64,000 nucleotides of DNA. Origin: Chiloscyllium plagiosum (taxonomy: Eukaryota). The DNA lies in assembly GCF_004010195.1 (NCBI RefSeq), contig NC_057720.1, positions 12,475,139 through 12,539,138 on the forward strand, in the 5' to 3' direction. Positions 25,023 to 38,136 of the stretch are shown here, piece by piece (positions within the stretch are counted from its first letter, which is position 1; every line of letters begins with the position of its first letter). The translations under genes and the position numbers were made by a program. Under the pieces are notes generated by a model. It was not told the DNA's origin. It worked only from the letters and a program-made list of their open reading frames with translations, and searched no databases.

Positions 25023-27711
25023 CGCTCCATTATGGGGAGAAGGCTAGAAAATGGGATTGAGAAACATATTGGCCATGATCAAATAGCAGAACAGACTTAA
25101 TGGGCCAAATGGCCTAATTTTGCTCCTATATCTTATGGTCTTATGATTTTGTCGTCTTGTTTACTAAACATTTTACTCTTTGTGGGGCAAGTACTCTGGC
25201 AGCCTTATGAATGTGTTCAGTAACTGACTTGCATATCTTCCAGAAAAAAAAAGGAGTAAGGATTTTAATAGACCACGTTTCATTCTGGATTCTGACCTGT
25301 CCAGCATTAGCGCCTGCTCTGATTATAACAGTAGCAACCTGGCACGTTTTCCAAGTGTTGAGGAGCTGAAAAATCAGCCTAACTTCTGTTTTTTCCATAA
25401 ATGCGACCTGCCCTGATGAGAATTTCCAGGAATTTATATTTCCATTGGGTTTCCATCATTGCAATATTTTGATTGTCTCACAAAGCTAATGGAATGTTTA
25501 ATCTTTTTCTCAAGGGTTGTTGAGGAGACAAAACGATAATTGAGTTGCTTTACGCTGCGAGTCAACAAAATCTGGAAAAGTATATTTGGTACAGCACCCA
25601 AGGAGGATAGATTTTCTTGAACAACCTGTTCAGGCACGCATCTGGAGAAGATGAGACTTGAACCCGGGTGTCTGGCTGAACAGTAGGAATAATACCACTG
25701 CACAGTGAGCCCCCGCAAAGGAAGGATGTATTGGTCTTGGAGGAGGTGTAACAATTTAGATGAAAAAGGTTAACGTGTGTACATTGGTTGCACAGCCTGT
25801 ATTTGTTTGCTACTGCTTGATGATAGAAGAAGCAGAGGTGATCTAATTGCGATGTTTAAGATGATTAAAGAATTTGTTGGGAGAAGGAAAGATGGAAGAG
25901 TGGCAGAAAATCCAGATAAGGACGAATAGCCTTAAAGTTGAAGCCAGGTAGGTCAGTAGTGATGTTAAGAAGCACACCTCTACAGAAGCTTGTGGAAATC
26001 TTAAAACTGCTCCAACAGGTCCAAAAAAACGTATCAGACTGAGGCTGGATGAAAATTTCAAAGTAGTTTTTTTTTTGTTGATTATTGATATAATGGAATT
26101 AAAATACTTATTAAGCTAATTTCAAGCTCAAGGGGCTGAATAGATTCCTTCTGTTATAAAACAAAGAACTGCAGACAGTGTGCGATTAAAAACCGAAATT
26201 GCTAGAGATTTTCAGCAGGTCTGGCTCTGCCTCCGGAGAGAAAGCAGAGTTAATGTTTTGAGTCAAGTGACCTTTCTTCAGAACTGGCTTCCTTCTGTTC
26301 CTGTTCTAAAGTTTTAACTTGCCAATGGCAATTTTGGAACGGGTATTGCCACACCAATTGCAATGTTAAAAGAAGTAAGTTTCTACTTGACAATAACTTG
26401 GATTTGATATCAGCCCCAAGGTTATAAAGAAACTGCTTGGGCATGTATGTGGTTCTCAGGACTGCAGAAAAGCAACTTCCTTTTTTTAAAGTCGCAATGG
26501 TATGCTTCTTTACATCTACTTGTGTTGCACAAAGAATGTTATCAAATCCACTCATGCAGTCTTTTGTCTATTCTCTGGGAAAAAGGAGGTGACTATTGCA
26601 CCTGCCAAGAATTTCTAACTGGGTTTCCTGTTACTCTAATGCAGTTGGGCAATTTAATCTGTTATGAATATTTTGGTTGGAGTGTGATGGGAAAGCAAGA
26701 AGATTGATTGATTGTAAGGCAAATTTAATCTCATAGTTTATGTATTAATTTAATAAAGTTTCCTTATGTCCTGTACCTCTTCCCACATCTACCTCCTGCT
26801 TCCCATTACACTGTTTTTTTTTGAGACAAGTTACTTCAATAAATAAATGTATGAGAGGCCATTACAGGCAGATTAGGAATTGCACAGAGTGAGATGGGCT
26901 CACAGCTAATGTAAACCACAATGCATATGACAAAACACACAATCAGGGCATGAATTAACTGGCAACATTTTTCAAATTGTCTATGAAGCTTAACAGAGAA
27001 TTTAAACCTACTTGTTTTGTTGTTATTAATAGTTTACAGATATGTTAGAATGAAATATATTGCTGTTTTTTATATAGGATTTATATAGTCCACACAGTTT
27101 GACAACCTGTATTCATCACATTCCTTTCTTTATGCCAGATAAGTGGAACAAACCAAAATGCCCCTTTAGCTTCATGGGTGCGCAGAGTACAGGGGATAAA
27201 CATTCCACATATCCAGAAACAGTCTGTTTAAGGTGTGCGCGTGTGTGGCTGTTAGTGCTCATTAGGGTCTCTTATGACAAGGTGATAGTATCCATACCTC
27301 TGGATCAGAAGGGTTGGGTTTCATTCCCACCTGCTACGGAGGTCTGTCATGTCTGAACAAGTAGATGATTTTTTTTTTAACATGGCTACACGATAATATG
27401 TAAAATGACTGCACAATTTATAGACAGCAGAAGGAAATTAGTCACCATTAGATGAAGCGCTGTGCTGATGATTTGCCATTACTGTTGTTTGCGTCACTTT
27501 GGTGGAACTCGGCTTTTGAGACACTTTCATGAGCTTTTTGCACCTGTTAGAGTGCTCAACTATTTATTCCAAAATGTGACTACCCTTGAGCATTACCCAC
27601 CCATTTTTGAATCTCTTTATAGTTACAAGGATCAGATGACTGAAACTGGCAAGGGTTTTCAATTTCAGGCTCTGCAATTATTAATAGTAACAACAACTGA
27701 TAGAGGTCAGG

Positions 27712-27900
27712 CTAGACAAGCAGGAAGCTGAAAGAACACAACAAGCCAGGCAGCATCAGGAGGTGGAGAAGTTAACATTTCAGGTGTAACCCATATCTGA
27801 AACATTGCCTTCTCCACCTCCTGATGCTGCCTGGCTTGCTGTGTTCTTCCAGTCTCCCGCTTGTCTACCTTGTGGATTCCAGCATCTGCAGTTTCTTTGT
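27712..27900. mobile_element. Fold-back Penelope derivative (related subfamily)
   Basis: Inverted arms AAGCCAGGCAGCATCAGGAGGTGGAGAAG and its reverse complement; ends in the family motif TCCAGCATCTGCAG. Confidence 0.65.
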
Positions 27901-28671
27901 GATGAGTTCAGGCAGCCATATTAATAAATGCAGCCTGATTTTTGATCAATTCCATGGATGCCACTTTTTAACTCTATTTTGTAGGCAACATGGAGTCTTA
28001 GATTTAGAGACTAGACTGGTTAATGGGTAAGTTGTTTTTGCATGAATTTACCTGGCCTTAGTGGAGGAAGCTGTACTGGGCTGACCAAACTCTAGATTCA
28101 CTGATAGCAACTTGGTGTTTATAAATATTTGTCATCAACCTTGCAAATTGGATGTGGGGCTTGAAATTGTACCTTTGTGGCCCAAGGTAGGGACGCTACT
28201 CCTGCACCACAAGATGCTCAAATATTGCACACAGCACCTTTAAATCTCATAAATTCTGCAGCTGTTGATTGCCCACAGTGCTTCAAGGATGCTCAGTCTT
28301 GCTAGATCTGTTCAGAATCTGACCCATTTAGAACAATGATAGTGCCCACATGATGGAGGGTATTTTCAATGTGAAGGCGAGATATGGTCTCCACGAGGGT
28401 TGTGCAGTGGTCACTGTTAGCCACACTGACATGAACAGATGCATCTGCAGCTGGCAGTTGGTAAGGATGAGGGAGAGTGTTTTTCTCTCTGTTCATTCCC
28501 TCACAAACCCAGTCTAGCAACAATGTCCTTAAGGACTCGATCTGCTCCATCATTATTGCTGCTGCCAAGCCATTGTTGGTGGTGGACATTGAAATCCCCA
28601 TCTAGAGTACATTTTGTCACCCTCAAGTCTTTTTAGATTAATGCAGTCCTTCGTATGTAGGGACACCCATA

Positions 28672-29329
28672 TGAGGACACGCCGCAACCCAGAGGACTAG
28701 CCACACTACCATAGATCAAGAGCATTTCCGAACTGACAGCCAGACTACTGGAACCACGAGGATTCGTAACAGCACACAAACCAACAGCCACGCTCAGACA
28801 ACAACTCACCAGAACAAAGGACCCAAATACCCAGCATGAGCAAAACTAATGTTGTGTACAAAATCCCATGCAAGGACTGCACAAAACACTACATAGGACA
28901 AACAGGAAGACAGCTAACGATCCGCATCCATGAACACCAGCAGCTATCCTTAGTAGCCACACGCGCAGATGACAAGCAACATGAATTCGACTGGGACAAC
29001 GCGACTATTATAGGACAAGCCAAACAGAGAACAGCCAGGGAATTCCTAGAGGCATGGCACTCATCCACAGATTCAATCAATAAGCACATCGACCTGGACC
29101 CAATATACCGACCACTGCAGCGGACAGCTGGAACTGGCAACCGGAAGTGGCAGATTCAAACCACTACAAATGCCGGAGGAAAGATCACAGAAGCGCTTCA
29201 CAGGAGGCTCCCAAGCACTGAGGATGTCACCTAGACAGGGGACGAAACATCTGCACCACAAATTCCCAGCTCGGCGAACAGAACCACAACAACGAGCGTG
29301 CGAGCTACAAATCTTCTCACAGACTTTGA
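28672..29329 (+). mobile_element. 5'-truncated Penelope-like element (GIY-YIG endonuclease + pLTR)
   Basis: ORF 28836-29234: NVVYKIPCKDCTKHYIGQTGRQLTIRIHEH...REFLEAWHS..INKH; TSD ACACCCATA at 28663-28671 and 29330-29338. Confidence 0.9.
29218..29251 (+). ncRNA. Minimal hammerhead core downstream of the GIY-YIG coding region
   Basis: CUGAGGA-U-GUCACCU(AGAC)AGGGGAC-GAAA-C-AUC; stem I GCA/UGC. Confidence 0.65.
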
Positions 29330-30973
29330 ACACCCATAGTGCTGCAAGAGAGGAAGTGTCAAGATTTTGACCCAGCAACAGAGGTTTGATTATAAGACAA
29401 TGGTGTGTCACTTGGAAGTGTTGGTATTCCCAAATATCTGCTGTTCTTATCCATTTCCGTGGCAGAGGTTGCAGTTTCTCAAGATTCTGTTCAAGGAGGA
29501 TTGCTGAGATACAGCAGTACACCTTGTAATCAATACATGCTACTGCCACTCTGCATTCATGTAAGGACATGTATGTTGAATATGAAGTTAATAGCTGAGG
29601 TTAGGTGATATTTCAAAAAATCAAAGTGGCTGCAAAGATTGGTCATCAGTTAGACTCCTTTCATCCTCTTTCTTTAGTGAGCCAATTAGCTGGGAGTTGG
29701 TGCCATGTGCACTTCAAGTTCGATAAAAGTTTTGTGTTCCAAAAAGGCTCAAAATTATTGGGATTGCAACAACAGGATGAGACATAGTTTGGTCTTGAAG
29801 CATTGGGTGATCTGTCTACTTTTTATTGCAGCCAATAGCCTATGCTGTTTGTCCGCTACTTAGAAGATGGCCACTTACTGATTGGAAGTCACTCAGAGTG
29901 ACTTATGCTGTAAGGTGATTGGATATTCTGGATCCTTTGCAATTGAAATTGCCTTTTGTATGAAGAACGCCCTTTGGTTGGGATCTTGGGAATTTAATTT
30001 TCTTATTCTTCAGATGATTAGTCATTGGTTTTGGAATGTGCCCAGGCAACCTTTGTCTGCAGGAATTACTGTTGTGGTCTAGTCGAGTGGAGCTGAGGTG
30101 AAAACCCATTACTTTATGTATAATTATCCATTGATGGTGCAACTCTGTACCTTGGTTTCCATCTGGGAGCGATTGGAAAAACCCCATGTTTTATACATCT
30201 CATTTACACAGGTGTAGAAAAGGTTGTGTAGTCTGCTGCCAGTATTCTGGTATGTGCGCTGTAAAGAAGCAAGCATATCACTTCCAGTGTCTTGAAGTGT
30301 TACACAGTTGGATAAGCAAAAACTCACCCACTTTGTCAGTGCCAAGACCATTTGTTCATTGTGTGTTTAATTTGTTTCTTTTTTTAAATGTTTAAGAGGG
30401 AAGCAGACCATATGAGTTGCTGACACTTGCTTGAATTCACCATGTAGTATCTTGCATTCAGCTCAATTTAACATGCTATCTGAAAAGATGGTATATTTGT
30501 AACTACAACATTCATTTAATGATTTTAAGTGTCAGCCTACAATACATGCCCAAGTCAATTGTAGGGTTAAATTTTTTTTTTTGTTCATGTGATTGGTCTC
30601 CACTAGTTAAGGCAGAATTTATTGCTACACTTATCAGTGTTATCAATCCATGTATTTTCTCTTTTTCAGCTGATTGGCATTTTGCCCAACTTGTTTTTTG
30701 CATTGTCAAGAAATTGTGCACCATCTTGATACTGAGCTGTCACTATGCCAACATTAGGCATTGGGTTGTAGAGTGCAATGTTGATTATCTGTAGTAATGG
30801 AGGTTAATTGAAAATTAATATGTAATTGAGTTATCAAAAGTTGTAGCTTGCATTTGGAGCATAGCAGTAGTCTTGCCATACTTTTCAGGAAGTTTATTCA
30901 ATTCACTGGCCAGTCTGTAAATTCAAACTTTACTTTGTAGTGAGGGCAATATTTGAATGATACAAGATGCTAG

Positions 30974-31523
30974 TGAGAATGAGTATGAGGTATAAGTGGG
31001 TAGGGAAAGAGTTAAGTTCTGAGTTTTGTGAAACAAGAAGTTCAGTTGAGCATGACTCAGATCAGATAAGAACTTGCAGTTAACAATGGGGTGCTGGAGA
31101 CAATGGCAATGGCTTAACAAGGTGGAAAAGCATTCATTATGTCCAGCCATTTAACAATATTGAAAGCATTCAGTACGTAAGGTCAGTTTAACAAGGTGAA
31201 AAGTATTCATTCTGTGAAGCCAGTTAAAGTTAAGAACATTCATTGTGTAACAGCAGATGGCTTAATGTCTACTATTGACACTCACTGATTGTAACAGACA
31301 CCCAATCAATATGTATGTTGCCTACTCTGGATGCTCCTCCCTGTAAAATGACTATATAATTCACTAAGAAACTACTGTTCGAGATATAAGACCGAGAACT
31401 TATGTCCCTGCGCACATGGGCGATCATTCTCTATCCCTCCAGGGCCCAGAATAAAGAAGGAGATAAAACTATACCGTGTCTCTGAGTGTTTTGCTTCGAC
31501 TGAGGTGGGGAAACAGGACGACA
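30974..31523 (+). mobile_element. LTR copy 3 (solo or 5' LTR), opposite orientation to copies 1 and 2
   Basis: TGAGAAT...GACGACA with canonical order: ~36-bp repeats, CCAAT 31302-31306, TATATAA 31353-31359, AATAAA 31450-31455. Flanks ctag/ctgg. Confidence 0.8.
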
Positions 31524-31619
31524 CTGGTGCTGTGTGACGTCAAAGGTTCATAATCGGTTCTCATCATGTGATCACTTTTTGATTCCATATTTGGCCATGC
31601 AAACTGGTTATTATGAGAT

Positions 31620-31770
31620 TGTGTGAGTTTGCTCACTGAGCTAGTAGGTTTGTTCTCAGATGTTTTGTCACCATGTTAGTTAACATCATCAGTGAGCCTC
31701 CGGTGAAGCGCTGGTGTTCTGTCCCATTTTCTATTTGTGTGTTTTGGTCTTTCAAGGTGAGTGATGTAGT
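31620..31770 (-). mobile_element. Penelope pLTR fragment
   Basis: Similar to the 3720-3870 arm; degenerate hammerhead on minus (CTGATGA..GGTGACAAAA). Confidence 0.6.
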
Positions 31771-31824
31771 TATTTTGACTTAGATGAGATACCAAATGTT
31801 TTATGGTATCACTTGATATTACTG

Positions 31825-32135
31825 ATTAGATTAGATTACATTACAGTGTGGAAACAGGCCCTTCGGCCCAACAAGTCCACATCGACCCGCTGAAGCGAAA
31901 CCCACCCATACCCCTACATTTACCCCTTACCTAACACTGCAGGCAATTTAGCATGGCCAGTTCACCTGATCTCCACATCTTTGGACTGTGGGAGGAAACC
32001 GGAGCACCCGGAGGAAACCCACGCAGACACGGGGAGAATGTGCAAACTCCACACAGTCAGTCGCCTGAGTCGGGAATTGAACCCGGGTCTCCGGCGCTGT
32101 GAGGCAGCAGTGCTAACCACTGTGCCACCGTGCCG
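31825..32135 (-). mobile_element. HE1-type tRNA-derived SINE
   Basis: Reverse complement of 34789-35113. Confidence 0.9.
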
Positions 32136-33603
32136 TACTGCTTCTGGTTCAGATCCCAGAATGAAATCTGGCTTGATAAGATCACTTTTGAACTTAGCAG
32201 TTTATTCACAGCAACATAGACACACAAGGTTTCAGACTTTTATCTAACAACGAAATGACATTATAATGAAGAAAGAAAAAATATCAAGCTATCTAAACAG
32301 CGAACAAGGTTTGAAAGATCTTATAACACAGGAAAACAAAGTATTTTTTACCCCAACACCATCACTTGATAGCAATCCAAATTCACAGTTATAAACCTTA
32401 GGTTCCAAATCTTGAGGTTTGACTTAAATTCTTCCTACTTCTGACCTGCAAACTGTGAAGTTGCCTTCATGAATGCACAGAATAGTGAAAACTGAGACTT
32501 CCTTAGTGTTCCAACAGTCTGATTTCTCACTGAACACCAAGGATCTGGAGGTTTCACAAGTTAAATGTTTACACCAAGTTAACTGAGCTTTAGGTGAACT
32601 GTCCTCTGCTTGTTTGCTTCTAACCCAGTCAGGTCTCCTCCAGAATTGCCCTCAAAGCTTTTAAATTAAAATTAAGCCTTGATTATTCTAAACCATAAAC
32701 AAGTTAATACCTTTCAATGTTTGCACTCCCTGCTGTAATTCCCATTATATCAATTACCTTCTTTTAATATTCACAGTATGCAGTCACTTACCCTCTGACA
32801 CTTAATGGTTGTGGATCTGGTAGGACATTTTGACATTTTTAAAAATCCTTCACAAAAGTAATCAGCACCCATAATTTGAAATCCAAACTTTTAAAAATGA
32901 TATTTATACATACAAGTAAAACACACGTATATAGAAAGCATACAGCTTTCATCAGACGAGTACTTTTTCCTTTAACTTTTAAACAACACCAAATATTCTT
33001 GATGCGCTGAACTTCATTATGTGGATTGACAGCCCAGTTAAAGTCAACTTCAGTTTTATTTTTATATTGCGCGCAGGTATTGATGAACAAGGAAAAGCAA
33101 CCAAGTTCTAAGTGACGAATATGATAGAAAGGGAGTAGGAAGAGGATGTAGTGATTTCTCTGTGATGGATTTATACTGATTGTGTGATGTCGAATTGAAT
33201 ATTCAGACTACTGTAATGTATAGCAATATCATGGGGATACTTTACACCTATCTATCCAACATTTTAAAATGGACATACCTCATCCTCAGAAAATTGATAA
33301 TTTCCTCTACTGCCAGAGCCAGATCATTAGATGTGTTGCTTGCTCCTGCAATAAGTTCCTGATATCTGTCTTAACTTTCTTATTCCAGTGATTCAGTCTG
33401 TCCTCCCACAGTATCATACTTCTCTCCCTACCCCACCCCCCTAAACACAGCTCAATGTACTGCTCAGGATATACTTCAACTATGATACCTTGTCTTGCAG
33501 AGTTCGATATGTTCCCCATTTGGTTGCTTATTTTCTGTCATCTTGCTTTAGAACTAGCTCTGTGAAATGTATGAATATAGAATAGAATATCCTTTATTGT
33601 CAT

Positions 33604-33921
33604 TAGATTAGATTAGATTAGATTACTTACAGTGTGGAAACAGGCCCTTCGGCCCAACAAGTCCACACCGACCCGCCGAAGCGCAACCCATCCATACTCC
33701 TACATCTACCCCTTACCTAACACTACGGGCAATTTAGCATGGCCAATTCACCTGACCTGCACATCTTTGGACTGTGGGAGGAAACCGGAGCACCCGGAGG
33801 AAACCCACGCAGACACTGGGAGAATGTGCAAACTCCACACAGTCAGTCGCCTGAGGCGGGAATTGAACCCGGGTCTCTGGCGCTGTGAGGCAGCAGTGCT
33901 AACCACTGTGCCACCGTGCCG
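33604..33921 (-). mobile_element. HE1-type tRNA-derived SINE
   Basis: Reverse complement of 34789-35113; (TTAGA)n tail. Confidence 0.9.
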
Positions 33922-34788
33922 TCATGTGTACTCAAGTATAGGAGTACAGTGAAAAGTTTACAATGTCACCTCTCATGGCGCCATCTCTGGTACAAATTAC
34001 CAAGGCACAAATCAAAAGAGGAATAAAAGAGTAAAGAAGTTGCATTACCTTACAGTGATTCACAATATAAGTTAGACTTAGTTAAAAGGATAAACATTAC
34101 AGTCAGATAAACAAATTACAGGTTTGGCAAAGAAGCCATTTGCTATGTGTCTTGTTGCCCTGACCTCAGAGTTGATCTAGCACATTATCAGAGATGGCCC
34201 ATTGGCATAGTCTTATATTTGTTTGATGTTGTCTCACATCACTCTGTACTCTTAGTCACGGAATTAAATGTTCTGATCTAGATGTTTCACCATTTTTCTC
34301 ATATTGCCATGTGAGTTAATAATATTTTAAGTACCAACATCTGGAATTTAATAGTGACCTCCAACTTCACCATCATGTTGCTTCAGTGCTGGAATCACTG
34401 GTCTTCAACTGTCCAAAGTAGAGGAGAAGGAGCATCCAGGAAGGCATCGTGCACCTTGGGACTTGCTGCCAGGGGAAAAGTAAAAGCCACCTGAAAACAG
34501 CGAAAGGAGTGCACTTCCATACCAACATCCCACCTACACCTTCCCGTGACCACCTTCTGCCCCAAGTGTAAGAGAGTCTGCAGTAGCTTCAATGGTCTGT
34601 ACAGCCACCTACGGAGATTGGAAGAGAGTCATCCTCACCTGCAAGGGACTACCGATGATGAATGATGTTTCATAGCAGATTCTGCACATTATCTGTATCT
34701 TTGTTCCTACAACATCTTCTGATATTTTACCCTTCAAATATCATCTGCACTTTACTTTGTGCACCTATATCCAAACCCTGGACAGCAA

Positions 34789-35113
34789 GTGGATGGCACG
34801 GTGGCACAGTGGTTAGCACTGCTGCCTCACAGCGCCAGAGACCCGGGTTCAATTCCCGCCTCGGGTGACTGACTGTGTGGAGTTTGCACATTCTCCCCAT
34901 GTCTGCGTGGGTTTCTTCCGGGTGCTCCGGTTTCCTCCCACAATCCAAAAATATGCAGGTCAGGTGAATTGTTCATGCTAAATTGCCAGTAGTGTTAGGT
35001 AAGGGGTAAACATAGGGGAATGGTCTAGGTGGGTGCACTTTGTTGGGTTGGTGTGGACTTGTTGGGCCGAAGGGCCTGTTTCCACAGTGTAAGTAATCTA
35101 ATCTAATCTAATC
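34789..35113 (+). mobile_element. HE1-type tRNA-derived SINE
   Basis: A box TGGCACAGTGG (34802), B box GGTTCAATTCC (34846), CR1-like 3' end, (AATCT)n tail. Confidence 0.9.
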
Positions 35114-37825
35114 AAACAATGCTATGTGCGGACTGCATCCTATCTGCAGCAATGTTATCGAACTGTTCAATTAGACTTGAATTCTTGATTCTCTCTTAGT
35201 GTTGTCCACTTGGTTATGTATTCCCATAATACTTATATGTCATTGTTCAAGGTCTGCTTTATGGATGCTTGCAAGCATTGTCATGAAGACTATAGGCATG
35301 GAGTGTCACACTTAGGAACCACCAGTTGATGATGGAGGAAAACAGTAATGTCTCCAGTAGGCTGATGTGCGCAATGGACATTAGCTGCAGTAGCTTGACA
35401 ATGGCTGCCAAAAAGAACAGCCCAAAAGCCCCTCGGCAACTTCGAGTCAGAATCTCCCCATAAGGGATAGGCTTCGTTAGTCATCAGCGACAGTGTACGT
35501 TATGCAGCTACTCCAACACTTCTCTGCAGATGGAAGAATGCTAGAAAATTTTTTGATTTTCGAAATTCACTGGCCCATACTGGTTACTGCTCCAGACCTG
35601 AAACTATAACCCTGTTTCCACTTTCTTCTTTCATCCTTGTCCATCTACAACTTCTTTTTCCTGTTGCCTGCAATATTTTTCACTTCTCTTGCAGATACTC
35701 CGCCCTCCCCGATCCTTCAGTTCATTATCTTTCCCAGGCTTGGCACTCGTTCAGCTATGTTACAGCTTCCTGCAATGCCTCTTGGCCTCTTATAAAATAG
35801 CCCTTTGAATCACAAGACATCACTTCACTATAAGCAGCAAACAAAGTGCTCTATTGCTGAACTCACTGCCGACTGTGCCCTGGGGTTAATTTTGTCAACT
35901 TCCTTCTTACCCCAACTTTCTTGGTGTCTGTCAACTCTGTTGATTGAAGTGCTCATTCTATGTCCTCCTCTGTATCTCCCTCCAGAGCCTTTGTTAATTT
36001 GTGAGCAAGGCCTTTCACATCCTTGAAGTTATTATGGATAATTATAATAACATTGTTGCTTTGATGCAAGTGCAGCTTGAGGAGTATTGCAGCATTTCTT
36101 TAAATGAATAAATGCACTGGAGTGAGTGTTTGGCTTGGAAGCATCTGACAGGAGGTCGTCAACTGGAAATTTAAATCAGGTTTTTGCTCCGTTCATATCT
36201 GACTGGAGTATTTACAGTGCATTATGTATTATACAACAACATACGCCAATAATATGTTCTGTATTAGAACAGTATTCACGTAGTAATTTAATTACTAGAT
36301 TTTCATCAGGTTAATTTAAACCAGAAGAGGGTGAAACTGATAGCAACTGGTCAAAACTGTTATTGGTTAAATATAAACATGAGCAGTGGGATGTGTTGAA
36401 AAAGCATTTAAGTTTATGCGGGGCCAGTATCTATGCTAAAGGAGAGAACTCTCCAGAGCAAATAACACAGCCATGGTTGACAAAACAGATGTGATTACAT
36501 AAAACTATAAGGTGATTATGAAAGTGCAAAGGATTGTGTGGACTCGGAGGGCTGGGGGTGTGAGGTTTCGCAAAGGAAGATTTTTCTTTGAAAAAGGAAG
36601 ACCTGCAAAATTGAATGCAAAAAGAAACTTGGGTTTATCCATGTTAACACACAGTTTTTGTTTATTTTCAAGAGGGTCAGTATAACATAAAATCTTCAGA
36701 AACAGATACAGGTAATATCATAACCGAAAGTAAGGAAATTGCAGATTTGTTATGGTGGTTAAGTTCTACCTTCACAGTTGAGGGAATGAGATACTGTACC
36801 TGACCTTCGAGGTAACCAAGATGTGGAATTTGAAGTTCATGTAAACAACAAAAGAGTTTTGGGAAAAATAATTGCTTGAAAGACTGCCACTTGCCCAGGA
36901 ACTAGTGAAGGGTAGTATCCCCTTTTTGGTCCATCTCTTGGGGATAGAGGATTCTGTATTTTTACTCGAATTGTGGGCCCTGAGGTGACTAAATTAACTA
37001 ATCCTGGTTTCACTACCCTGTCAGAGGTGGAGGATTTGAAGGTGGAATACTCTTTTCCCATGCTTATTCTAGTATTTGCATGTGGTTTCCACCGAGGTTT
37101 GTTTGAGCTGCTTGAAATGGTTTCACTCCTTCGTGTATGCTTCTTTGGGTTGTCTTGTGCAAGAGATTGTCGATTGGATTTCAGACTCTGAGGCTTTGAG
37201 GACAGCCTTGAAACATTTCCTCTGCCCTCCTGTTAAGCCCTTGTGATGCAGCTTGGAATGGAGCATTGTTTTTGGGAGTCTTGTATCATGCGTATAGACA
37301 TTGTGGCCTTTCCCAATGCAGCTAACCATAAACCATGTCTCTACTTAGGGGTGTTTGCCTGAGAGTGGACACTGATATTTGAACACCTATGCTGCTATTA
37401 AGCTGAGGTTGTATCTACCTTCTTGAGATGTGTGTGAAACATTATGTTGTAAAATTGCAAAGAAGACCTCATGTTCTGTCTGGTACCCTGACAGATATTT
37501 CTTTCTCAAGTAGTGCTTAATAACAATAACAAAACAAAAACAGACATTGCTGGAGAAACTCAGCAGATCTGTTAACATCTGTGAGGAGAAAGCACAGTTA
37601 ATGTTTTGAGCCCAGTGACCTTTCAGAAAGGAAGTGTTTCTAATTTCTAGCATCTGCACTTCTTTGTTTTATCCTGATAACAAATGATCTGACATTAAGT
37701 TGTGGGATCTTGTCTGACATAAAATCATATTACCTATTTATAACAATGACTGACTTCACTTGGAAACATATTTCAGAGACTGCCAACCATGTTGGAAGGT
37801 AAATTGCAGGTTAGTTTTAATTAAG

Positions 37826-38136
37826 ATTAGATTACATTACAGTGTGGAAACAGGTCCTCCGACCCAACAAGTCCACACTGCCCCGCCGAAGCGCAACCCA
37901 CCCATACCCCTACATTTACCCCTTACCTAACACTACGGGCAATTTAGCATGGCCAATTCACTTGACCTGCACATCTTTGGACTGTGGGAGGAAACCGGAG
38001 CACCCGGAGGAAACCCACGCAGACACGGGGAGAACGTGCAAACTCCACACAGTCAGTCGCCTGAGTCGGGAATTGAACCCGGGTCTCTGGCGCTGTGAGG
38101 CAGCAGTGCTAACCACTGTGCCACCGTGCCACCCAC
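37826..38136 (-). mobile_element. HE1-type tRNA-derived SINE
   Basis: Near-identical to 33604-33921. Confidence 0.9.

Larger units (their letters stand above)
24260..25145 (+). mobile_element. CR1 3' fragment interrupted by a SINE
   Basis: CCAGAGGGTGGTGAATTTG body, resumes ~25030 to TCTTATGGTCTTATG tail. Confidence 0.7.

Noticed and set aside
33632..33952. Recurrent ORFs (CGRKPEHPEETHADTGR) at several loci
   Set aside because: Antisense translations of SINE copies.
34802..34860. tRNA-like A and B boxes
   Set aside because: Head of an HE1-type SINE present in several copies, not a tRNA gene.
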